Shown piece by piece: positions 46,351 through 58,356 of a stretch of 64,000 nt of DNA (positions within the stretch are counted from its first letter, which is position 1; each line of letters begins with the position of its first letter). The DNA is from Acidimicrobiales bacterium (GTDB taxonomy: Bacteria; Actinomycetota; Acidimicrobiia; Acidimicrobiales; SZUA-35). The notes beneath the pieces were generated by a model. The model was not told where the DNA came from. It saw nothing but the letters and a program-made list of their open reading frames with translations, and did no database searches. A program made the translations under genes and the position numbers. Location of the stretch: assembly GCA_965263455.1 (NCBI GenBank), contig CBDHHN010000004.1:383174-447173 (forward strand), written 5' to 3'.

Positions 46351-48294
46351 ATGAGCAAGCAAGGGTCAACCCCGCCCGAGACCCCCCAGAAGAACAACCA
46401 ACGACTGCCTGGGCGGTCGGATGGGGGATGGCCGCGCTGGTCGGCCTGGGTGGTGGTCGGCATCCTGATCGCCCTGTTGGCCATGGCCAACGTGCTGAGT
46501 GACACCCCTGGCGACGACATCGCCTATTCCCAGTTCCTGGCCGAGGTGGCCGACGATCAGATCGAGACCATCACCTACGACAACACCACGGCCCGCATCG
46601 AGGGCACCCGGAAGAACGGCGAGACCTTCACCACCACCGGGTTCTCACCGTTCCCCGACGACGATCGAGCCCTCCTCCAGGAGAACAACGTCGAGGTCGT
46701 CCCCGACACGCCGACCAGCAACTTCTTCCTGAGTCTGCTGCCGCTGTTCCTGCCGTTCCTGCTGATCATCGGGTTCTTCTGGTGGATGGCCCGACGGCAG
46801 CAGTCCCAGATGGGCGGGATCATGTCCATCGGCCGCAGCCGGGCCAAGACCTATTCCTCCGAGCGCCCGGGCACGAGCTTCAACGACGTCGCCGGCTACG
46901 GCAACGTCAAGAAGGAGATCACCGAGGTGGTCGACTTCCTGAAGGAGCCGGGCAAGTTCGCCGAGATCGGGGCCCGCATCCCCAAGGGCGTCCTCCTGGT
47001 CGGCCCTCCCGGTACGGGTAAGACCCTGATCGCCCGGGCCGTCGCCGGCGAGGCCGGCGTGCCCTTCCTGTCGGTCACCGGTTCGGACTTCATGGAGATG
47101 TTCGTCGGCGTGGGCGCCAGCCGGGTCCGCGACCTGTTCAACGAGGCCCGCAAGATGGGCCGGGCCATCATCTTCATCGACGAGATCGACTCCATCGGCC
47201 GAAAGCGGGGCGCCGGCCTCGGCGGCGGGCACGACGAGCGGGAGCAGACCCTCAACCAGATGCTGTCGGAGATGGACGGCTTCGAGGCCACCGAGGGCAT
47301 CGTGATGATGGCGGCCACCAACCGACCCGACATCCTCGACCCGGCCCTGCTCCGCCCGGGCCGGTTCGACCGCCAGGTCGTGGTGCCGCTGCCGGAACTG
47401 GACGACCGCAAGGAGATCCTGGGCGTCCACATCAAGCACAAGCGGATGGCCGAGGACGTCGACGTCGACGTGATCGCCCGCGGCACCCCGGGCATGAGCG
47501 GTGCCGATCTGGCCAACCTGGTCAACGAGGCCGCCCTGTTCGCCGTACGCGAAGGCGAATCCCGGGTCTTCGCCCGCCACTTCGACATGGCCCGGGACCG
47601 GGTCATCATGGGCGTCAAGCGCGACTCGCTGGTCATGTCGGAGGAGGAGCGGGAGATGACGGCCTATCACGAGGCCGGTCACGCCCTGTGCGCCGCCCTC
47701 CTGCCCGACTACGACCCGCTGCACAAGGTCACCATCATCCCGACCGGGATGGCCCTGGGCGTGACCATGACCCTCCCCGAGGAGGACCGGCACTCGCTGC
47801 GCAAGAAGCACGCCGAGAACATGATCATCATGATGCTGGGCGGCCGCAACGCCGAGCAGCTGGTGTTCGGCGTGGTGTCCTCCGGAGCCGGCGACGATCT
47901 GCAGAAGGCCACCGGGCTGGCCCGGCGCATGGTCCGGGAGTGGGGTATGTCCCCCGAGATCGGGCCCATGGCCTTCGGCGGTGGCGCCCCGGTCTTCCTG
48001 GGTGACGACATGATGCAGTCCAAGGAGTACTCCGACGAGCTCGCCCACCTGATCGACACCGAGACCCAACGGATCCTGGTCGAGCAGGAGAACCGGTGCC
48101 GGCAGCTGCTGATCGACAATCGGAAGGCCCTCAACCTGGTGGCCCGCGGCCTCCTGGAGCACGAGACGCTGAGCGGTGACGAGGTCAACCGGCTGATCCG
48201 GGTGGCCAACGGCGAGGACGGCCCCGCCGCTCCCCTGGCCGCCGGCTCGCCCCCGGCCGGCGGTGCCGTCGGCGTGACCGACACCCACGTCTGA
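46351..48294 (+). CDS. ftsH: ATP-dependent zinc metalloprotease FtsH
   Basis: Shows [57 protein letters not shown] and [10 protein letters not shown] (HEXXH). Confidence 0.95.
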   Translation: MSKQGSTPPETPQKNNQRLPGRSDGGWPRWSAWVVVGILIALLAMANVLSDTPGDDIAYSQFLAEVADDQIETITYDNTTARIEGTRKNGETFTTTGFSPFPDDDRALLQENNVEVVPDTPTSNFFLSLLPLFLPFLLIIGFFWWMARRQQSQMGGIMSIGRSRAKTYSSERPGTSFNDVAGYGNVKKEITEVVDFLKEPGKFAEIGARIPKGVLLVGPPGTGKTLIARAVAGEAGVPFLSVTGSDFMEMFVGVGASRVRDLFNEARKMGRAIIFIDEIDSIGRKRGAGLGGGHDEREQTLNQMLSEMDGFEATEGIVMMAATNRPDILDPALLRPGRFDRQVVVPLPELDDRKEILGVHIKHKRMAEDVDVDVIARGTPGMSGADLANLVNEAALFAVREGESRVFARHFDMARDRVIMGVKRDSLVMSEEEREMTAYHEAGHALCAALLPDYDPLHKVTIIPTGMALGVTMTLPEEDRHSLRKKHAENMIIMMLGGRNAEQLVFGVVSSGAGDDLQKATGLARRMVREWGMSPEIGPMAFGGGAPVFLGDDMMQSKEYSDELAHLIDTETQRILVEQENRCRQLLIDNRKALNLVARGLLEHETLSGDEVNRLIRVANGEDGPAAPLAAGSPPAGGAVGVTDTHV

Positions 48295-48310
48295 GGCCCA
48301 TCGGCCGGAC

Positions 48311-48380
48311 GGGCCCCACCCACCGGGGCCCACCTACAAGCGACGAGCAGTACCATCGGGCCCCGCCATACCGGGGCCCG
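48311..48380. terminator. two GC hairpins (GGGCCCC-ACCCACC-GGGGCCC; CGGGCCCCG-CCATAC-CGGGGCCCG) between convergent genes
   Basis: Read directly between the ftsH stop (48294) and the stop of the thioredoxin-like gene (48388). There are no U tracts. Confidence 0.35.
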
Positions 48381-48387
48381 ATGCGCG

Positions 48388-48876
48388 TCAGGGGCCGTCG
48401 ACCGCCGTACCGCCGGAACGGTCCCCGTCCAGATCCTCGCCACCTTCCGGGGCGGCGCCGCCTGCGGCCAACAGGGCCTCGGTGAGCTGTTCGTCACCGA
48501 CGGGACCGAAGAAGGCCTGGAGCACGACCCCGTCGGGCCCGGCCACGATCGTGGTCGGCACGCCGTCGATCCGGTAGCGCTGATGCAGATCGGGGTCGTC
48601 CTGGACGTCGATGCGTTGGATCGCCACGTGCTGACCGACGCCCGACGCCACCCGCTGGACGGCGGCCCAGGCCCGGGGACAGGTGTCGCAGGTGACCGAG
48701 GCGAACACCGCCAACAGGAACGGGGCCTCGGGGCGTTCGAAGTCGTCCCGGTCGAGTTGCGACGGCGCCCGGTAGCTGGGAGCCGAAGGCGGGTCGGGGC
48801 GACGGCGCTGGAGGAGCACGGCGATGCCGACGGCCAGGGCCGTCAGCGCCACGAGGACGACGAGTCGGAGGATCAC
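48388..48876 (-). CDS. membrane-anchored thioredoxin-like protein (CxxC = CDTC)
   Basis: ORF 48388..49161 trimmed to GTG 48876, overlapping the upstream stop (GTGA). TM helix LRLVVLVALTALAVGIAVLL, then FLLAVFASVTCDTCPRAW...YRIDGVPTTIV (thioredoxin fold with cis-Pro). Confidence 0.7.
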   Translation of the reverse strand: MILRLVVLVALTALAVGIAVLLQRRRPDPPSAPSYRAPSQLDRDDFERPEAPFLLAVFASVTCDTCPRAWAAVQRVASGVGQHVAIQRIDVQDDPDLHQRYRIDGVPTTIVAGPDGVVLQAFFGPVGDEQLTEALLAAGGAAPEGGEDLDGDRSGGTAVDGP

Positions 48877-50576
48877 TGATCCACCGTGGGCAGGCCCGGT
48901 ACCACGGCCATCCGCTCGCCCGGGACCACCAGATGGGCCTCGACCGACACCGGTCCGTCGGCCTCCACCAGCACCGGTGCACCGACGGCGGCGATATCGA
49001 GCGGGACGACGGCCCGACCGAACGGGGCCACCGACGCCAGGAACGGCCCCTCCAGAACCCCGTTGACCAGGGCCCGGATCTCGACCGAGGCCCCCTGGGT
49101 CGAGGTGACCACGATGGCGGCCGACCCGTCGGCCGGGGTCGGCACCCAGGGCACGATCCATCGGTCGGAGAGCACCTCGCTGCCCCGCGACGTGGCGATA
49201 CCGACATCGGCCGTCGGCTGACCCGACGTGTCGATGTCGCCCACGATCCCGGGCACGTCCAGCTCGCCGGGTTCGGCCCCGTCGGTCGCCGGGTCGGTGC
49301 CCTCACCGGTCTCGTCCTCGGCCGTCGGATCGGCCCCGTCGGTGCCGTCGACCGGATCGTCGCCGGGCGCGGGGTCGGTGTCCTCGGTCCCGTCGGCCGA
49401 ATCGCCCTCGGCGTCCGGATCCTCGTCGTCGAGCTGGGGCGCGACCTCGGTGCCACCGGCGCCGATGAGGTTGGTGTCGACGGCCTGGGCGAACTGCCAC
49501 CGTTCGACCACCACCGGCATCCCGTTGGTGGCGGTCACGCTGACCCCGAGCTCATAGGGCAACTCGATGCCGAAGCGGTCGGCCTCGGCGTTGAGGTCCA
49601 CCACCTCGAAGCGCCCGGGCGGAAGTTCCCGCGGGATCGGGCCGAGCCCGTACAGCGACCGATCGGTGGGGTTGACCGGCCACAGCTCGACGTCGACCTG
49701 GGCCGACTCGGTGGCGCTGGGGTTGAACACGACGACCCGATCGTCGCCCCCCTCATGGATCCGTCCCGCCGGGAGCATCCAGCTGACCGCCGGCGCAACC
49801 ACACCGAGTTGGAGCGCCGCCCCCGACGGTCCGAGGACACCGTCGAGCACCTGGAGGCGCTCGACGACAAGGCGGCCCCGGATGGTGGTGACCGACGCGG
49901 CCACGGCCTCCTCCCGGGCGATGTAGCTCTCGACCTCGATGATCTGGACCGAGCTGGGGGGGATCACGCCCCCCTGGAGATCGTTGGGTCGGCGGGGGCG
50001 ACCGGCCGACCGGTAGAACTCCACGTTGTAGACGGCGCCCTCGGGGAACGGGTTCATGAGGGCCAGGTACTGCTTGGAGTCCCGGGTGGTGCGCCCACTG
50101 GCGAAGAACCAGCTGCTGGCCACGTGGGTTGCGCAGGGCCCCTCGGCTGTTCCCTCCGCCGTCGACACCCGGTGCGCCACCACGCCGGTACCGCCCACGA
50201 TCTCGACCACGGCCCCCGCCACGTCGGCCTGGGACAGGCTGGACAACGCCACCGCCCGGGTCGACTGGGGCGTCATCTCGATCCGCAACGACGGGCCCTT
50301 GCCCTCCCCGGTGAGAATGGTGAGGTTGGCCACTGCGGTGTCGTCGCTGAGGTTGACGATCTCGACCTCGTGGTCGGCGAACCCGCCGGGGGTGCTCGAA
50401 CCCAGGGCGCAGTACCAGGCGCCGTCGAGCCGCGCCGGATCGCTGACCGAGGGGGTGACGATCGGAGGATCGGTGGCCTCCACCGCCGCCTCGACCGGTC
50501 CCTCGAGGCGGTCGTAGAGCAGGGCCGAGGCGATGAGGCCGAGCACGACGAACACGCCGGCGGCACGGGTGATCAC
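48873..50576 (-). CDS. N-terminally anchored extracytoplasmic protein, DUF5719-like (partner of large actinobacterial GT2 proteins)
   Basis: TM helix AAGVFVVLGLIASALLY, then LDGAWYCALGSSTPGG, repeated beta-rich segments and an acidic Asp/Gly/Thr linker. It is overlap-coupled to the GT2 gene. The family assignment is from memory only. Confidence 0.55.
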   Translation of the reverse strand: MITRAAGVFVVLGLIASALLYDRLEGPVEAAVEATDPPIVTPSVSDPARLDGAWYCALGSSTPGGFADHEVEIVNLSDDTAVANLTILTGEGKGPSLRIEMTPQSTRAVALSSLSQADVAGAVVEIVGGTGVVAHRVSTAEGTAEGPCATHVASSWFFASGRTTRDSKQYLALMNPFPEGAVYNVEFYRSAGRPRRPNDLQGGVIPPSSVQIIEVESYIAREEAVAASVTTIRGRLVVERLQVLDGVLGPSGAALQLGVVAPAVSWMLPAGRIHEGGDDRVVVFNPSATESAQVDVELWPVNPTDRSLYGLGPIPRELPPGRFEVVDLNAEADRFGIELPYELGVSVTATNGMPVVVERWQFAQAVDTNLIGAGGTEVAPQLDDEDPDAEGDSADGTEDTDPAPGDDPVDGTDGADPTAEDETGEGTDPATDGAEPGELDVPGIVGDIDTSGQPTADVGIATSRGSEVLSDRWIVPWVPTPADGSAAIVVTSTQGASVEIRALVNGVLEGPFLASVAPFGRAVVPLDIAAVGAPVLVEADGPVSVEAHLVVPGERMAVVPGLPTVDQ

Positions 50577-53500
50577 AGCTGCATCTCCCGTCGGGTCTGG
50601 GCCAGCACGGCGCCCACCACCACCAGCGCGACCTGGGCCAGCAGGGCCAGCCGCCGGATCAGGGGTGTCGGGTAGCCGATGTCGAGCTCGCCGCTCAGCG
50701 CTGCGGGGATGACGGCGAGGCGGTCGAACCCGCTGATCAACTCGCCGCTCTCACCGTTGACGGTGAGCCCGCTGTTGGGTACCGCCAGGTGGACCGAGGC
50801 GTCGCCGGGGGCGGTGACCAGCCACCGGCCCGGGCCCCGCACCTCCAGGGGCACCGGCGGTCCGTCGCCGAGGTTGATGTCGAGCTGATCGGCCGAGGTC
50901 ACCGCCTGGGCCGCCTCGGCGGTGGGGAGTTGGGCCGCAACCCCGTCGGACGATGCGTTGCGGAACACGATCAGGTTGGGCACGCCGGGTACGCGTTCCA
51001 GGTCGAGCTGCTGGCCCAGGGAGCGGGTCACGCCGGGGCCGGGGTCGATCGTGGGGCCCTCGTAGGGGGCCGGGGCGAGCTGATCGACGACGACCACGGT
51101 CGAGATGCCGTAGGGGGCCAGCAGGCGCCCCAGGCGTACGGTCTCACCCCGTCGGGCCAGGTCGAGCTGCTCCCCCACCCCGGCGGTGCGGCCTACCGGC
51201 CCGGCCGACCAGCGACCCCAGACCTCCGGCTCCCCGCCGTCGGTGATGGCGTAGTTGATGCCCGAGGGGCTGACGGCGACGTCGACCGGGACCACGCTGG
51301 CATCGCCGATCCACAGGACCCGGGACGGGCCGTCGTCGGCGTTGACCAGGATCCCGGCGGTGAAGGTGGCGTAGTTCTGGGTCGGCGCCCCCCAGCCCCC
51401 GTCGAACGAGGCCCGGACGCCGCCCAGGGCGGCGAAGAGAACGGCCAACGACACGGTCCCGGTCACCAGCCTGTTGGCCAGGGTCCGGTTGGTGGTCGCC
51501 CACTCCTCGAGGGCCCGGACCCCGGTGGCGACGGCGAGCACCAACCCGGCCAGGGCCGGGGCCAGCATCGACTCGGCGGCGGGCAGGGCGAAGGGGATCC
51601 ACCCCCGGCCCGAGGCCCAGAGCAGGAAGAACATGCCGAGGGCGATCCCCCAGCCTTGCACGGCGAAGGGCAGGTGGTTGCGGGAGGCGGCGGCCAGCCC
51701 GATGGCAGCGGCCACCGGCAATCCGATGCTCAACAACGACGGTTCGACACCGCCGGGTGCGAACCAGATCAGGTCGAGCATGCGGAGGTCGCCCTGTTCG
51801 GGCGACGGAGGTCCGACCAGCCAGCGCCACGACAGCGACTGCATGATGTCGTAGCTCCAGGGCAGGTGCAGGGCGGCGGGCCCGATCACGGCGACCAGCG
51901 CCGCCAGCCCGTACTGGGTGACCCGGATCGAGGCCTGGGCGGCCGAGGCTGCGACCCCGGCCACGACGACCAGGATCACTGCGACGACCACGATCGACGG
52001 CACCAGCGAGGCGACGACGGCGACCAGGATCCCGAAGCGGATGACCAGGACCGGCAGGCTGCGGGAGGCGATGCGGGTCCCGACGACCCCGTTCCGGTGG
52101 CCGAAGGGGGCCAGGCCGTCGAGGCGGAGCAGTGATGACAGCAGGTAGGGGGCGGCGGCATAGACCACCAGCGACTCCCACCGACCGGCCGAGAACGAGG
52201 TGGTGACGAGCGGGCTGACGGCGTAGAAGATGGCGGCGATGGTGGCCGAGCGGGCGCTGCCGAGGGGCCGGGTCATGCGGAAGGCACCGAGGATGCCGAT
52301 GGCCAGCGGCAACAGGACGAGGGCCTTGTCGAACAGACTGGAGGCCCAGAAGAAGGCGGCGCGGCCGATGGCCAGCAACAGGAGGCCGGTGGGAGGGTTC
52401 CCCGGTCCCCCGGTTCCCGTCGAGCGCCAGCCGCCGAGGAACTCACGGAGGAGGGTCGAGGCATCGGGGACGATGGGGATCTGTCCGACCGGCACGATCC
52501 CCCGGGTGAGCAGGTGCCGGCTCCCGAAGGCCATCAGCAGGATGATGAGGGACACCAGAACGGTGGCGTCCCGCAGACTGCCCGAGTCCTCGCCCTGGAA
52601 CGACGAGCGGACCGATCCCAGAAAGCCGGAGAACCGGTCCTGGCCGGCCGTGAACTGACCCCGGGAGAAGCTGGCCACGGCGGCCGACCCGCCGGCCTGG
52701 AGGGCCCGGACCTCCCGCTCGCTCACCCGACGGATCTGGCGCAGGGCCCGACGGCGACGCCGGATGTCACCGGTGCGGGCCAGGTTCCAGGCGATGGCCG
52801 ACAGCGTGTCGCGTGCCTGACCCCGGCGGCCCGACAGCAGGTAGTAGGTGGCCTCGAGGAGCGCCAGCAGTATGGCCAGGGGCACGGTGGTGAACCGACC
52901 GCGGCCGGTGGCGGTGACCATGACCGTGCGGAGCCGGTGGCGGGTGGCCAGCTTGCGCTTCTCCCGGAGGGGCAGGCGCTCGTCCATCGACTCCTGATGG
53001 CGGGCCATGGCCCCCGACACGGCGAGGACCCGGGCGCCCACGGCATGGGCCCGCCAACACAGGTCGACGTCCTCGCCCATCAGCGTGATCGAGGGATCGA
53101 AGCCACCCAGGGCCACGAAGAGGTCGGCCCGGACCAACTGCACCCCGCCCGGCGCCACGAACACGTCGCGGACGGCCTCGTACTGCTCCTGGTCGAACTC
53201 GCCCCGCTCCACCTGATCGACCGGGACCCCGAATCGGTCGGTGCTCATGCCCAGCTGGAGCATCTTGCGGTCGTCGTCCCACTCGACCAGCTTGGGGCCG
53301 GCCACACCGGCGTTCTCCCGGTAGAGCGCGCTCATGAGAGCCGAGACGCAGTTCGGGGCGAGGGCGACGTCGTCGTGGCAGAACAGCAGGAACGGTGAGC
53401 CGGTGACCAGCTCGATCGACTGGTTGGCGGCCACGCTCCAGCCCGGGTCGCCCGTGAGCCGGTGGAGGTAGGCCTCGGGGAGCACCTCGGCCACCCGGTC

Positions 53501-53728
53501 GGCGATGGGCTCGTCGCTACCGGCGTCGATGACCAGTACCGACAGATTCTCGTAGTCCTGCTCGCCCAGCGAGGACAACATGTCGGCGAACTGGGGCCCC
53601 GGGTTGGCGGCGACCACGACGGCGACCACCGGCGGGGCGTCGCTGGCCGGGGTCGCTCCACCGTCCGCGGTGGCGGGGGTGGTGGAGGGTGCTGCCGCAG
53701 TGGCCTCGGCTGCCGACTGAGCGCTCAC
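50573..53728 (-). CDS. 1051-aa fusion of a GT2 glycosyltransferase domain and a large polytopic membrane domain
   Basis: N-terminal VVAVVVAANPGPQF...YENLSVLVIDAGSDE, LLFCHDDVAL and GEDVDLCWRAHAVGARVL (rhamnosyltransferase-like GT2). A long chain of TM helices and a C-terminal soluble part follow. GTG start. Confidence 0.8.
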   Translation of the reverse strand: MSAQSAAEATAAAPSTTPATADGGATPASDAPPVVAVVVAANPGPQFADMLSSLGEQDYENLSVLVIDAGSDEPIADRVAEVLPEAYLHRLTGDPGWSVAANQSIELVTGSPFLLFCHDDVALAPNCVSALMSALYRENAGVAGPKLVEWDDDRKMLQLGMSTDRFGVPVDQVERGEFDQEQYEAVRDVFVAPGGVQLVRADLFVALGGFDPSITLMGEDVDLCWRAHAVGARVLAVSGAMARHQESMDERLPLREKRKLATRHRLRTVMVTATGRGRFTTVPLAILLALLEATYYLLSGRRGQARDTLSAIAWNLARTGDIRRRRRALRQIRRVSEREVRALQAGGSAAVASFSRGQFTAGQDRFSGFLGSVRSSFQGEDSGSLRDATVLVSLIILLMAFGSRHLLTRGIVPVGQIPIVPDASTLLREFLGGWRSTGTGGPGNPPTGLLLLAIGRAAFFWASSLFDKALVLLPLAIGILGAFRMTRPLGSARSATIAAIFYAVSPLVTTSFSAGRWESLVVYAAAPYLLSSLLRLDGLAPFGHRNGVVGTRIASRSLPVLVIRFGILVAVVASLVPSIVVVAVILVVVAGVAASAAQASIRVTQYGLAALVAVIGPAALHLPWSYDIMQSLSWRWLVGPPSPEQGDLRMLDLIWFAPGGVEPSLLSIGLPVAAAIGLAAASRNHLPFAVQGWGIALGMFFLLWASGRGWIPFALPAAESMLAPALAGLVLAVATGVRALEEWATTNRTLANRLVTGTVSLAVLFAALGGVRASFDGGWGAPTQNYATFTAGILVNADDGPSRVLWIGDASVVPVDVAVSPSGINYAITDGGEPEVWGRWSAGPVGRTAGVGEQLDLARRGETVRLGRLLAPYGISTVVVVDQLAPAPYEGPTIDPGPGVTRSLGQQLDLERVPGVPNLIVFRNASSDGVAAQLPTAEAAQAVTSADQLDINLGDGPPVPLEVRGPGRWLVTAPGDASVHLAVPNSGLTVNGESGELISGFDRLAVIPAALSGELDIGYPTPLIRRLALLAQVALVVVGAVLAQTRREMQL

Positions 53729-53911
53729 GATCAGGAGAGCTTAGTCAGGCGCCGTCGGCGTGCGGCTGCACTCACCGACATCGAACCGCGGCCACGGCCC
53801 CGGGGACGACCGACCGGGCGACGGTCCCCGGTGCTCCCGGTGGGTGACGTCGGGGCCGGTATCATCGGCCTCCGTGCCTCGGTCGTCCCCCTCCGCCCGG
53901 AACCAGGTCCG

Positions 53912-55838
<1,927 letters not shown>

Positions 55839-55869
55839 CGGTGACGGTGATGGCGGATCGGGGGCCCCG

Positions 55870-56820
55870 GTGAGCGTGGTCGTGCTGTGCGGCGGGGTCG
55901 GCGCCGCCCGGCTGCTCAACGGGTTGCAGCGGGTCACCGACCCGACCCGGCTCGTGGCCGTGGGCAATGTGGGCGACGACGTGGTGCTCCACGGCCTGCA
56001 CGTCTCGCCCGACCTCGACACCATCACCTACACGACCGCCGGCGCCGTCAGCGCCGAGCGGGGATGGGGCCTGGAAGGCGAGACGTGGCAGGCCATGGAG
56101 TCGCTGGGCCGCTACGGCGACGGCGACCTGGCCTGGTTCAGCCTGGGCGACCGGGACCTCGGCACCCACCTGTACCGGACCCACCGGCTGGCCCAGGGGG
56201 CACCGTTGAGCGAGGTGACGGCGGAGATCACCGCGGCCTGGGGTCTGGGGTTCCGGTTGCTGCCGGTCACCGACGACCCGGTCCGAACCCTGGTCACCAC
56301 GGTGGACGAGGGCGAGATCAGCTTCCAGGAGTACTTCGTGCGTCGCCGCCACGACGTGGCCGTGACCGCGGTCCGGTTCGAGGGGGCCGAGGCGGCCCGG
56401 CCCGCCCCCGGCGTCCTGGAGGCGCTGACCGAGGCCGAGCGCATCATCGTGGCCCCGTCCAACCCGGTCGTGTCCATCGACCCCCTGCTGGTGGTGCCCG
56501 GGATCCGGGAGGCCGTGGCCGCCCGCCGGGACGACGTGGTGGCGGTGTCGCCCATCATCGGGGGCCGGGCCCTCAAGGGTCCGGCCGATCGACTGCTGGT
56601 GGAGTTGGGGCGTCAGGCCTCGGTCACCGGGGTGGCCGAGTGGTACCGGGACCTCGTCGGGACCCTGGTGATCGACACCGTCGACGCCGACGATGCGCCG
56701 GCCATCGAAGCCCTCGGGGTCGAGGCCGTGGTGACCGAGACCATCATGGCCAACCCCGAGGTCACCGACGCCCTGGCCCGGCTCCTGCTCGGCTCGACTG
56801 ACTCGACTGACCTCGACTGA
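55870..56820 (+). CDS. cofD: 2-phospho-L-lactate (EPPG) transferase, F420 biosynthesis
   Basis: Shows VVVLCGGVGAARLLNGL, VGNVGDDVVLHGLHVSPDLDTITYT, ERGWGLEGETW and PSNPVVSIDPLL. GTG start. Confidence 0.9.
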   Translation: MSVVVLCGGVGAARLLNGLQRVTDPTRLVAVGNVGDDVVLHGLHVSPDLDTITYTTAGAVSAERGWGLEGETWQAMESLGRYGDGDLAWFSLGDRDLGTHLYRTHRLAQGAPLSEVTAEITAAWGLGFRLLPVTDDPVRTLVTTVDEGEISFQEYFVRRRHDVAVTAVRFEGAEAARPAPGVLEALTEAERIIVAPSNPVVSIDPLLVVPGIREAVAARRDDVVAVSPIIGGRALKGPADRLLVELGRQASVTGVAEWYRDLVGTLVIDTVDADDAPAIEALGVEAVVTETIMANPEVTDALARLLLGSTDSTDLD

Positions 56821-56856
56821 GCTCAGTGGGGGTGGGGGCGGTTGGCCGCCGCAGGG

Positions 56857-57513
56857 CTAGTTGCGACCACCGTTGGTCTGCTCGAGCAACAGCAGCCGCT
56901 CGGGCGGAGGCATGGGGATCTCGGCCCCCTCCGGGAGGAGGGCCAGGGTCAGGGCACCGCCGGACTGGTTGTCGAACCGGAAGTCGGCCAGATTCTCGGT
57001 GATGATCTCCGGCTCCTCGGTGGTCCAGGCGTTCTCCCAGTAGGCCAGCTGAAGGACGGCGTCCTCACCGTCGCAGCCCTCCGACTCGAGCAACGAGGTC
57101 TGAACCTCGCCCGGGCCCGGGACGTACCCGTCGTCGGTCAGCTCGGCGCCCATCGCCTCGAAGAACACGCCGAGTTCGGCGTTGGGCCCGGCGGCCTGGG
57201 GGTTGGCCGGGTGGATGTGGATCAGGCCGGCGCCGTGGGTGTGGATCCCGTCGGGGCCGTCGGTGTTGGTCGAGGCCGGCAAGTCGGTGCCGCAGGCGTG
57301 AATCAGGTAGGCGTCGTGCCAGTGGTCGATCCCGGCCTCCGGGGCGATGCCGATGACGCTCTCCCGCTGGGAGGCGAAAATGGCCACGACTGCGCCCCCG
57401 GCCAGCATGATCAGGACCACCACGGCGATGAACCAGGTGTTGCCGCTCTGATCGGGGGGAGCGATCAGGTCGTCACGGTTCCGCCGATTCTCTCTCCGGG
57501 ATTCCTTCGACAC
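56857..57513 (-). CDS. bitopic membrane protein with an extracytoplasmic His-rich motif domain, unknown function
   Basis: Basic N-terminus and TM helix WFIAVVVLIMLAGGAVVAIFA, then IDHWHDAYLIHACG...PDGIHTHGAGLIHIHP. 218 aa, on the strand opposite cofD and cofE. Confidence 0.6.
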   Translation of the reverse strand: MSKESRRENRRNRDDLIAPPDQSGNTWFIAVVVLIMLAGGAVVAIFASQRESVIGIAPEAGIDHWHDAYLIHACGTDLPASTNTDGPDGIHTHGAGLIHIHPANPQAAGPNAELGVFFEAMGAELTDDGYVPGPGEVQTSLLESEGCDGEDAVLQLAYWENAWTTEEPEIITENLADFRFDNQSGGALTLALLPEGAEIPMPPPERLLLLEQTNGGRN

Positions 57514-57612
57514 GGCGGATAAGTGTAGGGACCGGGTTGGGGCATGGGGCGGCGGGTCACAGGGGTGTCACAGCCCGGTCATCGGGGCCGGGGCCTCCTA
57601 GGATGACGAGCC

Positions 57613-58356
57613 ATGGCCCAACGCTTGTCCATCATCGCCGTTCCCGGGGTCCCCGAGGTCCGTCCCGGCGACGACCTGGCGGGCCAGATCATCGACGCCT
57701 GCCTGGGCCGGTCGGCCGAGGGCGCCGTCGACCCCGACGCCCCGGGCCTGGAGCACCATGACGTGTTGGTGGTGTCGCAGAAGGTGGTGTCCAAGGCCGA
57801 GGGCCAGCTGGTGCACGTCGACCCCGACGACCCCCAGTCCCACAAGCCGCTGGTGGTGGCCGAATCGGTGCGCGTCGTCCGCCGCCGGGGGGACCTCATC
57901 ATCAGCGAGACCAAGCACGGGTTCGTCTGCGCCTCGGCCGGCATCGACCGCTCCAACGTCGAGCCCGACATCGCCGCCCTTCTCCCCGAGGACTCCGACC
58001 GCTCGGCCCGACGCATCCGCGACGCCATCGCCGGCCGGCAGGGGGTCGACGTCGGGGTGATCGTGGCCGACACCTTCGGCCGCCCCTGGCGTCGGGGGCT
58101 GACCGATGTGGCCATCGGGACCGCCGGCATCCGCCCCGTCCTCGACCTGCGGGGCACCGAGGACGCCGTGGGCCGGGAGCTGCAGGTCACCGAGGTGTGC
58201 ATCGCCGACGAACTGGCCGGTGCGGCCGAGCTGGTGCGGGGCAAGTCGACCGGCATCGCCGTCGCCATCGTCCGGGGCGTCGACGACGCCTGGTTCGGCG
58301 AAGGCTCGGTGGCCACCGACATCGTGCGCCATCCCAGTGAGGACCTGTTTCGGTAG
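57613..58356 (+). CDS. cofE: coenzyme F420-0:L-glutamate ligase (CofE-only, short form)
   Basis: Shows IIAVPGVPEVRPGDDLA, VLVVSQKVVSKAEG, GFVCASAGIDRSNV, VIVADTFGRPWRRG and VADELAGAAELV. 247 aa, so there is no room for the FbiB-type C-terminal domain. Confidence 0.88.
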   Translation: MAQRLSIIAVPGVPEVRPGDDLAGQIIDACLGRSAEGAVDPDAPGLEHHDVLVVSQKVVSKAEGQLVHVDPDDPQSHKPLVVAESVRVVRRRGDLIISETKHGFVCASAGIDRSNVEPDIAALLPEDSDRSARRIRDAIAGRQGVDVGVIVADTFGRPWRRGLTDVAIGTAGIRPVLDLRGTEDAVGRELQVTEVCIADELAGAAELVRGKSTGIAVAIVRGVDDAWFGEGSVATDIVRHPSEDLFR

